A stretch of DNA of 64,000 bases from Paragordius varius. Taxonomy: Eukaryota; Animalia; Nematomorpha. Position numbers and translations under genes: made by a program. The DNA lies in assembly GCA_964247055.1 (NCBI GenBank), contig OZ176056.1, positions 7,316,001 through 7,380,000 on the forward strand. The letters run 5' to 3'. Positions 26,750 through 41,063 of this stretch are shown one piece after another; positions within the stretch are counted from its first letter, which is position 1, and every line of letters begins with the position of its first letter. The notes beneath the pieces were generated by a model. It saw only the letters and a list, made by a program, of their open reading frames with translations. It did no database searches and was not told the DNA's origin.

Positions 26750-28450
26750 GGACATACTTCTGAATTTTTATCATTCTCTATAAATTCCAACTTATCCACA
26801 AATAATAAAACGTTTAACTCATCTCCTGTGAAAAAAATGATTAAATATACAATTTTTCAAAACAGTATCGAAATATCAGCTATAATTAGTATTAATCATA
26901 AACTCTTCAATAAATACGGATGAATATCAATAGCCAAAAATCACCAAAAAGGTTAAAGATGTTATCACAATAAAGTATGGTTTTAAAGAAACCGTCAGGA
27001 ATTAAACCTTCCTTACTACATAACATATGACCAGTAAGAATGACAAAAATAATATGATGTAAGACATAGATGAAAACCTTTAACAAAAAAAAATCGTTTA
27101 TGCACGCCAGACAATTATTTTCTTATACTAAAAAAATCATAAATTAATTCATATCATTTTTTAGCTAAATCATCCTTAAGGATAAGTAAACAGCATTTTT
27201 GATATTAACAAAGGGGAGATATACGATGAAAAAACTATTCTTATACATTCCAAAAGGCAAATTCTTAAATCTGAGATACGTATCCACAAAAAAGGGGCTA
27301 AAAGTTGCTACTGAATTAAACCATTCAATCTAATCAAAATATTTAATAAACAATAAAAACAATAACAAAATTGTTTATTGATTCACAACTTAAACGGGGA
27401 GAAAAACGTTTTAAGAGAAATAAAATATCAATATAAACACAATGTGCCGTTGATTTTATTAATCTTTTCTTAGTTAATTTAATTTTTTAATGAAAGAAAG
27501 GACTTAAGCACATGCTTGTTCATAATTATTATTCATTTCATATATTCTAATTCGACTGTAGGAATCGCCATACCCCGGCCCTATCCTTTAATTTTATATG
27601 AGGCAGGGCATCGCGGCTAATTCTATTTATTCTACATTTAAAAAATTGTTAACTCCTTAACACTCAAACATAAAAAACGTTGTTATACCGAGGATAAAGT
27701 TCTAACTTACTGTATCAAATCAAAAAAATATCTTTTAATACAACTGCAGCATTTAAAACCCTATATGGTATATAATAATAAAATTGATATGTTTAATTAC
27801 ACTACATCAGCCAGTTCTGTGCTTCACAAAGTCAAAAAAATGTTTTGAACCCCTTACAAACGAAAGAATAAAATATGGAAGACACTTCAAAAGTAAAACT
27901 TTAACACACCAAATTGAAACGGTGATTTTCCCATACATGAATTACAATTGTAGAAGTTGGGCAGTGATGTATAATGGAAATGTAACATCATTTTACCGTT
28001 TTACTTTGGGAAAGTTTTGAATGTGGACAACCACTAAGACATTTTAAGCATAAAAATCCTCGGTAATTTTAAGAGGACAAATTACCAAACAAAAATTATC
28101 CTTTTTAATCTGCAGAAAAATTGGTGACCGACGTATTATCGGCTATCCTAAAAAAGATTGGAAATTTATTATATCGCATGATGCCAAACATAGGCAATTT
28201 ATCAAAAGTAGTTTAGATAAATATTACGATGAAAAAATATAAAACTATAAAAATGAAATGATAATTGGTCTAAATTTTTGAAAGAGGTTTTTAAAGAGAA
28301 AATGCATAACAAGAGCATTATAATCTCATGAAATGAAATTTATTATTAAAATTTTCTAATTTATCGATATAAAGCAGAATCGATTTATTAAAATTAAACA
28401 GGCAATTACAAACAATGATTTTAGAGACGAATTATTAAAAATTTAAAATA
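26750..28450 (+). mobile_element. Heavily degraded non-LTR retrotransposon RT (CR1/L2/Jockey-like)
   Basis: Remnants IHKKGAK (~27283-27303), a decayed GxPQG..GP.L-like segment (~27560-27590) and IFPYMNYNCRSW (ORF 27784-28020), in LINE RT order; boundaries approximate. Confidence 0.55.
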
Positions 28451-29593
28451 TCCAAAGTATAATTTGAACAAATTGTATTCCATTTAATATTTTATAAATT
28501 CCAAAAACGCTTTCATTTAAATATTGGTCAAGTTTTATGTGGAATTTTCATGATACTAAGTGATAAATATATTGGCCGTTTTGCGTTTATTGGGTCAGCT
28601 GTTCACCTTATTTGGATTTGCATTTCTAGTAGCTTATGTACTAAATCTAATATAAATTTTATAATTAATATTTGTCCATATTCAACAATTTATAGTTATG
28701 GGTTTGGCCAATCTAAATAATGATACAATCACACTTTGTATGCCACCGAAATCTGTGGTAAGTTTTTATATAAAAACTGATAATATGAATATGTTAATCG
28801 AAATTTTACCAAAAATTTATAAAAGGATAAAAATAGTTTCGCGGGCTGCATTCTAATGATATGGGCATTCAATTATATTGGTTGATTTTTAAACATACTG
28901 CTGAAACTAAACACAATATAATATTTTTTTCTAGTTCGTTGGCAGTTATATAGATCGCTTATTAAAAAATTGAATGTAGAAGTTTTGTTGTATTACCAAC
29001 TATGGATTCCCAAATATTTTGTAGGGCCGCACATATTGTTTTAGGGGGCCGTATTTTGGACACCCCTGTCAAGAATCAATAACAGCCAATCTAATATTAA
29101 TAGGATCAACAAGTTGTACGGTAGCAAGAAACGGGTTTTTGTCCATTTCCTTAAGGGTGCCTAAATAGCGCCCATTTAAATAACATTTATAACAAACCAA
29201 TTTTTGATTTTACATAAGGCCCATGTTTAAAAAATTAACCCGAATAAGGCGATTGGGCCGAAAACCGCGCGGTATTTCATTTGATTTTCTATTGGGGGAA
29301 TAAATTTCTGGCGTTTGTTTTGTTTAAACTTATATGACTATGATTTTATTTACAAAAATTAATTCTATTTTACGAAACTTTCTCGGATTAAAACAGATGT
29401 TTCCAACACACGCGATTCTATAAGATTTAAAGGCGGCCCGCGAAAGATTTGAAAACCCATAATTTAAAAAAATATGCTAGAAAAGTTATTATATTTTATA
29501 TTTACACACAAATTTTCTGCCTAAGTATATTGGAAAAGAATTAGATATTGTACATATTATGTTCGCTAATAAATAATTATGCTCATATATATA

Positions 29594-30739
29594 CTGTGTG
29601 TAAAAAGAGGGTCATTTTAACACAATTTTTATTTTCATGAGATAGCTTATGACCAGTGAATTATGCCGCAAAAAATTTGTTGACGACCTAGTTTTTGAAA
29701 TATTAAGAGAAAATCGAAATCGGGCAAAAATTGAAAATTAAGGATTCAAATAATAATAAAAGTTGAGATATTATTATAATTTTAGGAGATAAATAAATCA
29801 TATAGGTCTATAAAATCTCAGTTCAAAAGATGACGTTTTTTTAACACACTTACAAGTCAAATATTTTTTTATGAAACCATATTAAAATAATTTTTATAAT
29901 TTTTTACAAGCCAAACTCACTATTAAAATCTTAACATTCATAGTTTATTCAGTAAAAAGACTTTTACATCAAATAAAATTAGAAAATACGGTTTTTTATA
30001 TTTTTGTCATCTGGTTTAAGAGTATAAAAAATTTCTATTGTTTTAATTTGGAATCTTATATGAGTGGGAAAAAATATAATTTATGCAAAATAGGATAAAA
30101 ATATCAACTAACAATCCTTACAAATCCTTGTAAAAAGTTTGTTTCAACACAAATTATTATATGTACGGATTTTGGGATTTTCCACTAACTTGTAATTATT
30201 TTTTATACTTAATTCCCCCTCATGTGAAATTTCAAAATAAGACAGTAAATTTGTTATACCGTCATAAACCAGACAAAAAAATGAAAAATAAAAAACACTT
30301 TTTAGTTTTATTTTGTTATAGCGTTTTTTTTACTAAATAAAATATGAATGTTAAGATTTTAATAGTGAGTTTAGGTAGTTAATAATTAAAAAAAAATATT
30401 TTAATATAGTTTCATTAAATTTATTTTCTCTTTTAAGTGTGATAAAAGAAAAACGCCATCTTTTGACCTGAAACTTTATAGAAACCCTAACTATATGATT
30501 TCAGGCTATTTATATATATCTCCTAAAGTTATAATAAATCATAATATCTTAAATTTTATTATTATTTTTTGAAATATCCTTAAGTATCCTTAATTTTCAC
30601 TTTTTGCCCGATTTTGATTTTCTCTCAATATTCCAAAAACTAGGTCGTAAACAGATAGAAAATTTTACGACAAATGAATACACTGGTCATAAGCTATCTC
30701 ATATAAAAAAATTATTTTGTTAAAATCTTTTTGCACATA

Positions 30740-30740
<1 letters not shown>
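29594..30740. repeat. Long-TIR non-autonomous Tc1/mariner-like element (~1.15 kb), best-preserved copy
   Basis: TA-CTGTGTG... left end and ...CACATAG-TA right end; gagatagcttatgaccagtg / cactggtcataagctatctc and aaatcgggcaaaaa / tttttgcccgattt are inverted pairs. Confidence 0.8.
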
Positions 30741-30777
<37 letters not shown>

Positions 30778-31292
30778 AGCGGTTCGCAAAACTATTCATG
30801 TTGATCCCTGGATTAAATGTTAAACCTTTCTATTGCATCAATGCAAAAATCTCGTCCCCCCAAAATATCACAGACCATATTTAAAATTATTTCATTTTAA
30901 TTTATGCTACAGATATTTTACATATACCATGAGTATGAGGTAACTAAGGCAGAGAAAAAGGAGAAATACGTGTGCGTCTTCCACAAAGATTTAAGAACAC
31001 CATTCCTTAACTACCAGAACGAGCATCAATGTTTTTTTAAATCATTTGAATAAACCGTATTTCAGATTTAATCTGTTTTAATTAACCCATATAAATAAAT
31101 AATTTTTGTTTTAGTTTATTTTACATTACATGGGCGCACCAAAAATATGATGAACTACCTATGTCCTTTGATGACATAAAGCTTTAATTTAATAAATAAA
31201 ATGATAAATGGGGCTGAAATACTAGAAAAAACCTTTTTCTTTTTTTTTGTTATTATCTAAAATCAAATTCTATTTTCATCCCATATTTGTGG

Positions 31293-31796
31293 TTTAATAT
31301 TTGGATAAAACACATTACATTTCAATCCTTCTATTCAAATTGGGGTGGTTGAATACCCCATGCCTGTTTAATATTAAATACAAAAAATATGGAATAAATG
31401 AAAACCATGGCAAAAGGTTGCTTTTATATAAATTATGAACCGAAATATAAAAAGAATTCATAGAAAAATACTTGATAATATTTATTTTATGGTAAAACGC
31501 AAATGGAAAAATTTAGTCAACATGACATGTGTGCATTAGTTAAATTAAAAATATTCTCAAATAAATCACTTTTTCTATTTATATCATGGGAATTAAATAA
31601 AAATTAACTTTAATAATTTTAGCGTAGAATCAATAAACATAATATATTTGCAAAGATGCGTCAAGTAGTTTGATATGGAATTTTTTCAAAACTAAATTTA
31701 TTTTAGATAGTTGGTCCGGTTTTTTTCAGTAGTTTTTTATTAATATCCATTTGGGTGGATCACATAGTGGCCCCCATTTTATTCAAAGTGTTAAAT
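31293..31796. repeat. piggyBac-like MITE, copy 3 (more diverged)
   Basis: ttcaaattggggtgg...catgacatgtgtgcattagttaaatt...aaagtgttaa shared with copies 1 and 2. Confidence 0.6.
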
Positions 31797-32781
31797 GCTG
31801 TTTTGGGTCTAGTTTACTACCACGTATAATAGATATACCCGATATATCATTGTTAAATAAGATTATATAAAAATATTTTATGTAGTTTCTATCAAAAAGT
31901 CTGCATAATTTTTATAATAAATTATATATTACAAAAATACTTCTTCCATACAATTCAATTCATAATAAATTACTCGGTTCATGATTAAATTTTTTATTTA
32001 ATTATTGATTAAATATTGTATTTTGAGTTTTGATTTATTAAGCATAGAAGTTCCCTAAATTAAAAAAATTAAGTTGACTTTTTTTCCGTATTTGATTATA
32101 AAGAAAAACGTGTAATAAAAAGCATACAATGCAACAATTAAAACACATTCGCATTAAAAATTATTTTAATAGAGTGGTTAAATCTTGGATGATGCCTAAT
32201 TTACAAATCTCAAAAGATGCGGGTGGTAATGATAAATCCAAATTAAAAAAATATTTTAAAAGGTTGCATTATAATTAATTATATGATAAAACATAATAAT
32301 ATACAAACTTAGTTAAATGTCTAAAATAAAGGAGTTCGAAATCAATCCATATCATTTTAGGAGCGGTTTACATGCATCTGCCTACGAAAATTGGGTGCAA
32401 TTTAAGAGCCAAAGAGTTTTTTAAAAATATGATAAAGGGGCAAATTATTTTGAAAAGACCATGGAATGCAAAAATATATACTCCCGACTATAATTAGCCA
32501 AGGTCCAAAAGTTTGCAATGGAAATGTATTGGTATTTAAATGGGTTTATTCTCAAAGCTCTGTTTTATACTGCATATCCTCGCTATACTTGTGTTTACGA
32601 AACAATTCATAACATATAACCATTTATTAACGCGCCTATTTATGTTGACACTTTTGTTAAACTACATTAACCAGATATGTTTTAAAGATAAGTGGGAGGG
32701 GAGAGGGGTCTGGCTTATACGATTGATATATGATATCATAAATTTATTCAAAGGTGTTTAATCATGGATTATTTATTGATT

Positions 32782-35411
32782 TCATATTTTTTTCCCTGTT
32801 ATTTGGGTAAATATTAATTTTAATAATTGGAAATAACGGTACATTAAGTATGTATTCCGAACTGACGAATGCCTAATTTGGTCCGTTAAAGCATTGGATA
32901 AAAGTTTTTCATCCAATTTCGTTGTCGTTAATAATTCATCATCGATTTGATCATTTAAAGCTCTTTTTATGTAACAAATTATGTAGGTGAGATCCATAAA
33001 TGTTTCATGAAGAGCATTGGCATCAGATCCCTGATTGACTTTTCCAGTTTTTTCAAATCGGTCAAAACCTAACGAAAAGGTATTGTTTAAGCGCTGATGG
33101 TGGTGCCATTTGGGATTTGGCAGTAAGCTTAAATGCCATACATTTCTTAGGGTCATTAATGCACTGAGTATGACATGTAATATTTCCATCTCCTAATTCA
33201 TACGCACATTTTAATTGGAATTTAATTTAATTCTTATACAGTCTCCTAAAAAATTGGGTGATACAGTACATTCTAACAATAAAAACTTTACACAAATATA
33301 TTATTAAGATTCTTAATATTTTGTAATCAGTCAGGTTTTATAAGACTACTGGTTAAATTTTTATTTACATTCGGTCTAATGTCAATAGTTTTATAATAAA
33401 AGTTTTTTATACCGTTTTGGCTCTATCCATGTATTGAAAAATGTTTTCCATTGTTTCATCCCTTATCGTTGACATATAATCCTTGATCATCATTTCTTTA
33501 TCCTAAAATGAATAAAATTAAATTTATTCCCTAACCTAAATTATTACGATAAGATTTTATGAATCTAGCTTCACGTATATTGCCATAATTAATAAAGCAT
33601 GGCGTGGACTGAGTATTTTGTAAATTTTTATATTTTAAATGCTGAGCAAAGTATGTAGATAAAATATATAACTGAAAAAACCAGTCAGGATTCTTATTGC
33701 ATAGGTTTTGCTTATTTCAACTTATTTTATATTCGAAATATCAGAAGAGCAATATTAGTGCACGGGTTAGTTTAATAAAAAAAACCACAAACATTTTGAA
33801 CAATATATTTTGGGTAGTTTGGTACCGCAGAACAAAATTTTTTTAAAAATATGCATTATTTAACCTTTAAATGGCTTATGGTTTATTTTTATAAAAATGT
33901 TCAAACTGTTTCGCCGCTGATTTTTTTCTTTGGGAATTTTTTAAATCGCTCAGGTATATCGCGAAATATATATTATGGTTAAAAATTTAAAATATTTTTA
34001 GAAAGCTTTAAACTAACTACATTTACAATAATTTGATGATCATTAATGATAAAATCAGCTGTTTGTTTTATCCGGATTCTGTAAGTTAGAAAACTGTAAA
34101 AGTATATGCTATGCGATGGAAAACACTTTTTATAACTTTGTAAGCACTAAAAGCAATATCATAAGGTTCCTGATGTATTTTTCTATTAGAGTATAAGAGA
34201 TATTAATCCCCTATTTTGTATATATATATAACATTAAAATATATATTTCCAATGGTATTTATAACTCATACTCTTTAACCTAAAAATTTAGTGCGCTAAC
34301 CAGTTATTTGAACCTTTCTAATATTCGTGGCTAGCCTTGTATGCAAAAAACCCCTAAATTGAGTGCATTATTTAATCAATAATTACGATAATTATACTAA
34401 TGAAGTTTTTACAAAAACCCGGATCACATAATTTTCAGAAACGTTGAACTAAACATATTAATGGATATGTTTACGCTGAAGTGTGATTGTATTATTATAA
34501 TGCAATTATAATTCATAATAAATTCATATAATTTTAGCTGAATTAATAGGCAAAATAATAAACATATTAAGTTTGTTAACTTCACTTAATAACATGACAA
34601 AATAAAACCTAATTTATATGGATCTATTTCTGAATGTAATTTTGTAGATTGTAAAATCATTAAAAAATTTCTGAGTTGGGGTTCTATCTCTTTCAAAGAA
34701 TGAATTATTTGTAAGTTGGATAAATTTTTTGGGTAAAAATAATTTATGCGCCAATACTGGATTATTTTTGGATGGTAAAATATACTACATCAGTTATTAC
34801 TTGAACGATTTTAATTCAAATCGACTTAATGGTTATAACAAAATAAATATTTTATATTGATGTACATTCGTTTGAACTCATGTTTTTTATGCAAACCTAT
34901 GTGGCCCGTCAGATTTTTGAGCTTAAAATACGGCCCCTAAAACCATTTGTGTTGGACACTACTTAAGATCCAACATTTTGAAATGTTTACACAATATGAA
35001 TAAAACTGTTTAAGATTATTCTAATCCATGATATTTCCATTTGTCGAATCTAAATTAAGGACGTATATATAATTATAAAAAATAATAACATACTATTAAG
35101 ATCAATTTGTTCTCGGTGGCAATCATTGATTGCTTAATTCGTCCCAATAAACCCTGAAAGTAAAAAAGCCAATCGTTTTGTGTAAATGCCAAAGTGTTTT
35201 GCGCGGGCATACATTGTTCAATGTAATTGGGTTTGTTTTCAATTTTTGTCTGATAGATACCGATATTACCGGATTTAGAATTTTGTGTCAAATTTATTTT
35301 AAATGATTGGTTAATCAACTTTGATTCATGGTTTACAAAAGTTTTTAAGGATCCACATTTATAATATATGGAGATATATATAGATATTATCGAAAGAAAA
35401 TTCAATATCAT
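32782..35411 (-). CDS. Putative two-exon secreted protein, ~242 aa (exon 1 35411-35094; exon 2 33192-32782), helix-rich, family unknown
   Basis: Two long ORFs in AT-rich DNA join in phase 0: donor GTATGT at 35093 after ...ENKLILI, acceptor AG at 33194-33193 before EMEILHV.... N-terminus MILNFLSIISIYISIYYKCGS is signal-peptide-like (inference). Confidence 0.6.
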
Positions 35412-36207
35412 TTTATTTACTTTACTTCTATAATATAACAAATATTTACAATAATTAACTATTTATTATCAAAGAAGGGTAAGGTAAAATTAATATTCAT
35501 GAACATTTTATGAATAATTGATAATGAAATGAAAGATAGATATGTTTAAATTATGCTTCGTTAAGCATGAAATAACCCTTGATTTAATTGTTAAACAAAT
35601 CACTAAACATACATTTAGCTTTAAAGAGTTTTTGAACGTTAGGATTTTTACAAAATATGCAATTTATCATCGCGCTAAATTCAATCATAACCCTATTAAG
35701 GTCAGAGAAAAGCGCTCTGCAATTCGGTATTTATGTAGTACACCATGATTGAAACTGTCGTACTCGGAGGTTAACTAAAACAAATCTGAAACAATTTTTG
35801 CTTTATGATAGATATTCTTGACTCCTATCGAATTTATATAGTATCAAAATGTTTCAAAATTTTATTAAGGGGAAGTAGGGAGCTAATTCAAAAATTTAAG
35901 TAACGTACGGCCTACGTCATTGAAACATGACTATCTGTAAAAAAATTTTCTAATATAAATGCATTTTCAAATGGGTAATCAAGATTAAGGCTTTTATAAA
36001 TTAGGTTATAACGCTATACAAATAAATTTTTATTTTTAACGCGGTACCAAATTCACGGGTATAATGGTGCTTTTGGTTTTAATAGTGATATAGTAACGGA
36101 AATATTTTCGTTAATTGCTTCAAATAAAAATAGAAAAATTTTTGCACATAATGATAAATAAAATTTTTATGGTTTAATCTAAGTGGTTGATTTCAAAAAT
36201 ATACTTT

Positions 36208-36241
<34 letters not shown>

Positions 36242-36673
36242 TAAGTTTATTTGAAAATATATTTAAAAAATAAAAAATTTTTATCAAATTAAAATCTTTA
36301 ATATATACTCCCGAAGTCTTAAATTTAGCACGTTATAAAATGAGTTAGTTCTTTATAATATGTCAACAAGCCGAGGATTTGCGACAATATTCATAAATGT
36401 ATGATTTGCTTTAAAATTTAATTTTTAGCAATATTTTAATAAATCATATTACGCGGTCGCCAGTAAAAAAATAAATCTTTATAATCATAGATCATTCGTT
36501 AAAGCCTCAGGATAATAAATATCGAAAAATATGCGGTCAAAATACTAGAAAAAAGGTTATTTTAATCTTTCTGTTATCGCCAAATCAAACAATCGCATTT
36601 TACCGCTATTAAATCAAACAAAATTAATTATAATAGATGAAAACTTGTCAGTAAAATTTTAATTGTGTATGTA

Positions 36674-38950
36674 TAGCGTGACCAGACATCCCGCTTTTTC
36701 ACACTTTGTCCCGCGTCCCGCTACGTTTTTGAAATGTCCCGCTTTTTTACGATTATAAATTAATGTTTTTTAAATACATTTAAATTTTTTTAAAACTTTT
36801 TTTTATCCGTTTTAATTTTTTATCATTAGTTATCATTAAAATCTATCAATTTTAAATTAAAATTTTTTATTTTTACATATGATTATACACTTTGCTTCCT
36901 ACTCCTACTGCCAAAATTATCAAAAAGAAATTAATACCACAATCAGGTAATAAAATATTCTTTTATACTAATATTTTAATTTTATTACTAACATTTTAAA
37001 AGACAAATTAATACCACGAATCGGTAGCTTATACGTTTACTCCAGAAAATTAAGGTAATATAATATTTTTTATACTAATATTAGTTTAAAAATATGAGTA
37101 CAAAAAAAAGGTTGAAAATTCAACGATGAATTAATGAAAGAATTTTCATTTATCAAAAAAACGAAGAATGAATCATTTGTTAATTGTATGAGGGGGAATT
37201 CAGCTAGCATATGGCGGCAAGTATGATATTACAAAGCATATGGAAACACAAAAACATAAAAAATGTTTAGATATGGCGGCATCATCTTACAAAATGAGCG
37301 ATTTTTATCGAAAAACCGCTTTTGGAGAGGAAGAAAAGAATTTGGCACAAGCCGAAGGCGTTTTATTTTTTCACGCCGTTAATCACAATCATTCCTTTAG
37401 ATCTATAGATTGTATCTCACAGGTTATTCATACTTTATTCAATAAAAATTTACATGTACCCGATGCAATGCCACATGCATTTTCTGAAATACAAAAAGAT
37501 TTGCTGAATATTAATTTCATATCGCTATACTCTGATGCATCAAATCACAAGGAAACAAAATAATTTTCCACTTCAATAAGATATTTTGATCCAGAAACAG
37601 GATTAAAATTAAAAATTATAGATTTTTCTCTACCCGGTGAAAATTCCGACATTTTTACTTCAATTATGAATATTCGAGAAAAAAATAATTTAAAAGACAA
37701 AATTATCGCATATTGCGCTGACTATACCAATACGAACTTTGGTGGAAAAGCAAGGAGGGGAACAAAAAATATTTTTCATAAATTAACAGATATTCTTAAT
37801 CAAAACATTATTGGCGTTGGGTGTGCAGCGCATATAATACACAACGCTATTCATACAGCTGTTTATTTACCCTTAGACGTAGAAAATATAGTTGTTAAAA
37901 TATATTCCTATTTTTATATATACACGGTACGCGTTGCTCTTAAGGAATTATGTGAAATGCAGAAGTTCAATATTACAAAATGCTTGGATTTTGTAAAACT
38001 CGTTGGTTAGTTCTTCTGCCAGCTATCGAAAGAATTTTAAAAATGTATGTCCTTTAAAATTCTATTTTTTGTCACAGGACAAATGTCCTACAGCTTTGGA
38101 AAAGTTTTTTGAAAGTGATTCTTCAAAAATATGGTTAGAGTTCCTACATAATCAAGCTTCTCTCTTTCAAAATGTTATTAAATTGATAGACGGTGACAAA
38201 ATTTCGTCAATGTTAGTAACCTTAAATTCCAATGTCAAAAAAGGTTAAATAATAATATACTATTAACCATCCCCAATATTTTAAATAATTTAGAAAAACA
38301 AGGCTTAATAAATCGCCAAGATATCCTGTACCATATAAAAATGTTATATACAAATTCTAAAGATTATTTGAAAAACTTGACGGTGTGTAATTCAATGAAA
38401 TTGATCATTTTCAATGCAAAATATTAAAACCAGAATTTAATTAGTGCGATGTTCAAAAATCATTTGATTACCTCCCAAAATATTCAAAAAGAATCTTTCA
38501 AAAAATGATCCTTTTTTCTGAAGTATCATTAGTTAAAAAATATATTAATAATGAAAAACTTAAATTATGGACAACAGAAAAAAATACAGTAGAAAAGAAA
38601 TGGTTAGAAATATTTCATCATTTTGAAACAAACTATGTTCCATACAATAATATTTAAATGGAATTTGCACTATCTTTACCTGGAACCAACGCTGCTACTG
38701 AGCGCGTTTTCTCCACAGTAAACCAGGTGTGGACATCGGAAAAATCAAATTTAAATGTTGAAACTTTAAAGGCCATTTTATCTGTCAAATATAATTTGAC
38801 AAATTGTGAAGACTTCAACAATATTTTAAAAAATGATGGCAATCTGCTAAAACGCATTCACTCAAATAATAAATATACCAAAATATAAAATATTTTCTTT
38901 ATGAAGATTTTGTGTTAAAAAATAAAAAAGTACTTAAAATATTGTATAAT
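36674..38950 (+). mobile_element. Degraded hAT transposon
   Basis: Left end TAGCGTGACCAGACATCCCG with gtcccg subterminal repeats; transposase motifs YSDASNHK, CAAHIIHN, TRWL and dimerisation-domain LPGTNAATERVFS; frameshifted; right TIR not found. Confidence 0.9.
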
Positions 38951-38959
38951 TAATTATAA

Positions 38960-39910
38960 TTTGTCAAATTATATTTGAACACATAAAATGGCTTTTAAAG
39001 TTTCAACATTTAAATTTGGTTTTTCCGTGTCTACACCTGTTTTACTGTGTCGCGTTCAATAGCAGTGGTTCCAGGTAAAGATAATGCAAATTCTACAATT
39101 TTTAAAATATTATTGTATGGAATATATTTTGTTTAAAAATGATTATTTTAAACCATTTCCATTCTAATGTATTTTTTCTGTTGTCCATAATTTAAGTTTT
39201 CATTATCAATTTAATAATGATACTTCAGAAAAAAAGTGTCTTTGAATTGCACCGTCTTGTCTACCAAATAATCTTTCAGTAACAATACATTTTTATATCC
39301 AGGCTATTCATTGAGCCTTGTTTTTTAGGATTAATAATATTGCGATTGGGTAATGGTACAAAATTATTTTTTAACCTTTCACGACTTGGCATTTTAGACA
39401 ATTGTTTTGTGATAAAAAAATAGGATTCTAGGCGATCATACATTTTTAAAATTTTTTCAATAGCTGGCAAAAGAGCTAACCAACAATTTCTACAATATCC
39501 AAGCATTTTAACAACTACATTTTCCACAACCAGGGGTAACAAATAGCAGCTGTTTAAATACCGTTGTGTATCCGCCAATAATGTTTAAAATAAAATTATT
39601 CGCTAAATTATTAAAAATATTTTTTTGTGCCGCTCCTTGCATTTCCACCCAGCGCACTTTGCGAATTTGTCTTTTAGATTAATTTTTTCCAGAATATTCA
39701 TTATTGAGGTAAAATATATTTCAGAATTTTCACTGGGTAGATGAGAGTGGGAAATTATTTTCATCAGAATATAGCCATATGAAATTTATTTTCTGCAAAT
39801 CTTTTTCTATTTCAGAAAATGCATGTGGTGAAAGGATATTGTATACAATCGCTTCACCTTTGTTCGTGCACATGTAAATTTATTGAATAAGGTACGAATA
39901 ACCTGAGACC
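38960..39910 (-). mobile_element. Second, diverged and internally deleted copy of the same hAT family in inverted orientation
   Basis: 38985-39110 is the reverse complement of ~38655-38785; 39400-39580 of ~37830-38075 with an internal deletion; ~39840-39910 of ~37340-37450. ORF 39276-39578 contains WLALLPAIEKILKMY. Confidence 0.8.
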
Positions 39911-40084
39911 AAGGAGTAAAATATTTTTTATATATATAATGTATTTGTGTTAAAAATAATTAAATTTTACAATAAATTTTTTGTATAAAATTTTTTGGTT
40001 TTACATCGCCATGCCCCCTCCCCCCTTTTTCAGATTTGTCCCGCCCCTAATCATATAGCACAAATCTTTAATATTTTTGGGCTA

Positions 40085-40166
40085 AAAATCGCACTTTGTC
40101 CCCAAATTATAATCATAACAACTTATTTATATGCGGTATAAGATTAAATTTATATTAAAACAATCA

Positions 40167-40197
<31 letters not shown>

Positions 40198-40710
40198 TAT
40201 CCAATATATCGCCTTCAAAAAAATTTAACCCTTTTGTAAAAGAATATTATTTTAATAATTTGCACCAAAGCGGAAGTTGCGTAAAACTTTTACACATTTA
40301 ATCCATATTATAAATATCTTTTCCGTAAAAAGATTTATCGACTTAGTTTTTAATTTGGGGTATAGCCGGTAGTTAATAAAATAGCCCCAAAGATATATAA
40401 TCTTTTCGGGTTAAAAAATCCTTAATTCAAAAGTCTGAGATGAAAGAGCTTTATTTCGGTATCGATTTGTATGGAAAAGATATTTATAATATATATTGAA
40501 TGTTTTGTAAAAATTATATGCAGCTTCCGCTTTGGTGCAAATCATCGAAAAATTTTCTTTTATACATAAGGCTTAAATCTTGAAAGCGATATATTGGGTA
40601 AACTCTGTATCAGTTAATATATGACTGTTTTAATAAAAATTAAAATCTTTTACCGCATAATAATAAGCTTTTATGATTCAAATTTGAGGACCAAGTGCGA
40701 TTTTTAGCTA
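40085..40710. repeat. ~620-bp imperfect palindrome (long-TIR MITE)
   Basis: aaaaatcgcactt / aagtgcgattttt, tatgcggta / taccgcata and tttgcaccaaagcggaag / cttccgctttggtgcaaa are nested inverted pairs. Confidence 0.75.
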
Positions 40711-41063
40711 ATATTCTTAAAAATCTTTCTGGGGGCCTCCAAAAAATGTAAATTTGTTGATAGTATCGTGCGTTTGGAATTATACTTAAGCTATATTAAC
40801 GAAAATAAAATTTTGCTTACAAGTTTTCATCTAAGTGTATTTAATTTTATTTGACCTGATATGCGATATGAGATTTTTTATTTGCCGGAAAAATTAAAAT
40901 ATTTTTTTCTAGTATTACCGCGTATGCCATTTTAATATTTCTTATCCTGAAGCTTTTAGCTATAGAATGATATATAATTGAACCTTTATAGTTTGATTGC
41001 CATTTTTGCCGCATATGACAAGGTACACCATGGCAAAAACTCACAATAAAATATGGCAACTAG

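Noticed and set aside
33068-33192. Alternative Cys-containing frame (GDGNITCHTQCINDPKKC...) in exon 2 of the secreted-protein gene
   Set aside because: It needs a phase-1 upstream donor, whereas the exon 1 donor is phase 0 and the chosen frame stays open for 136 codons.
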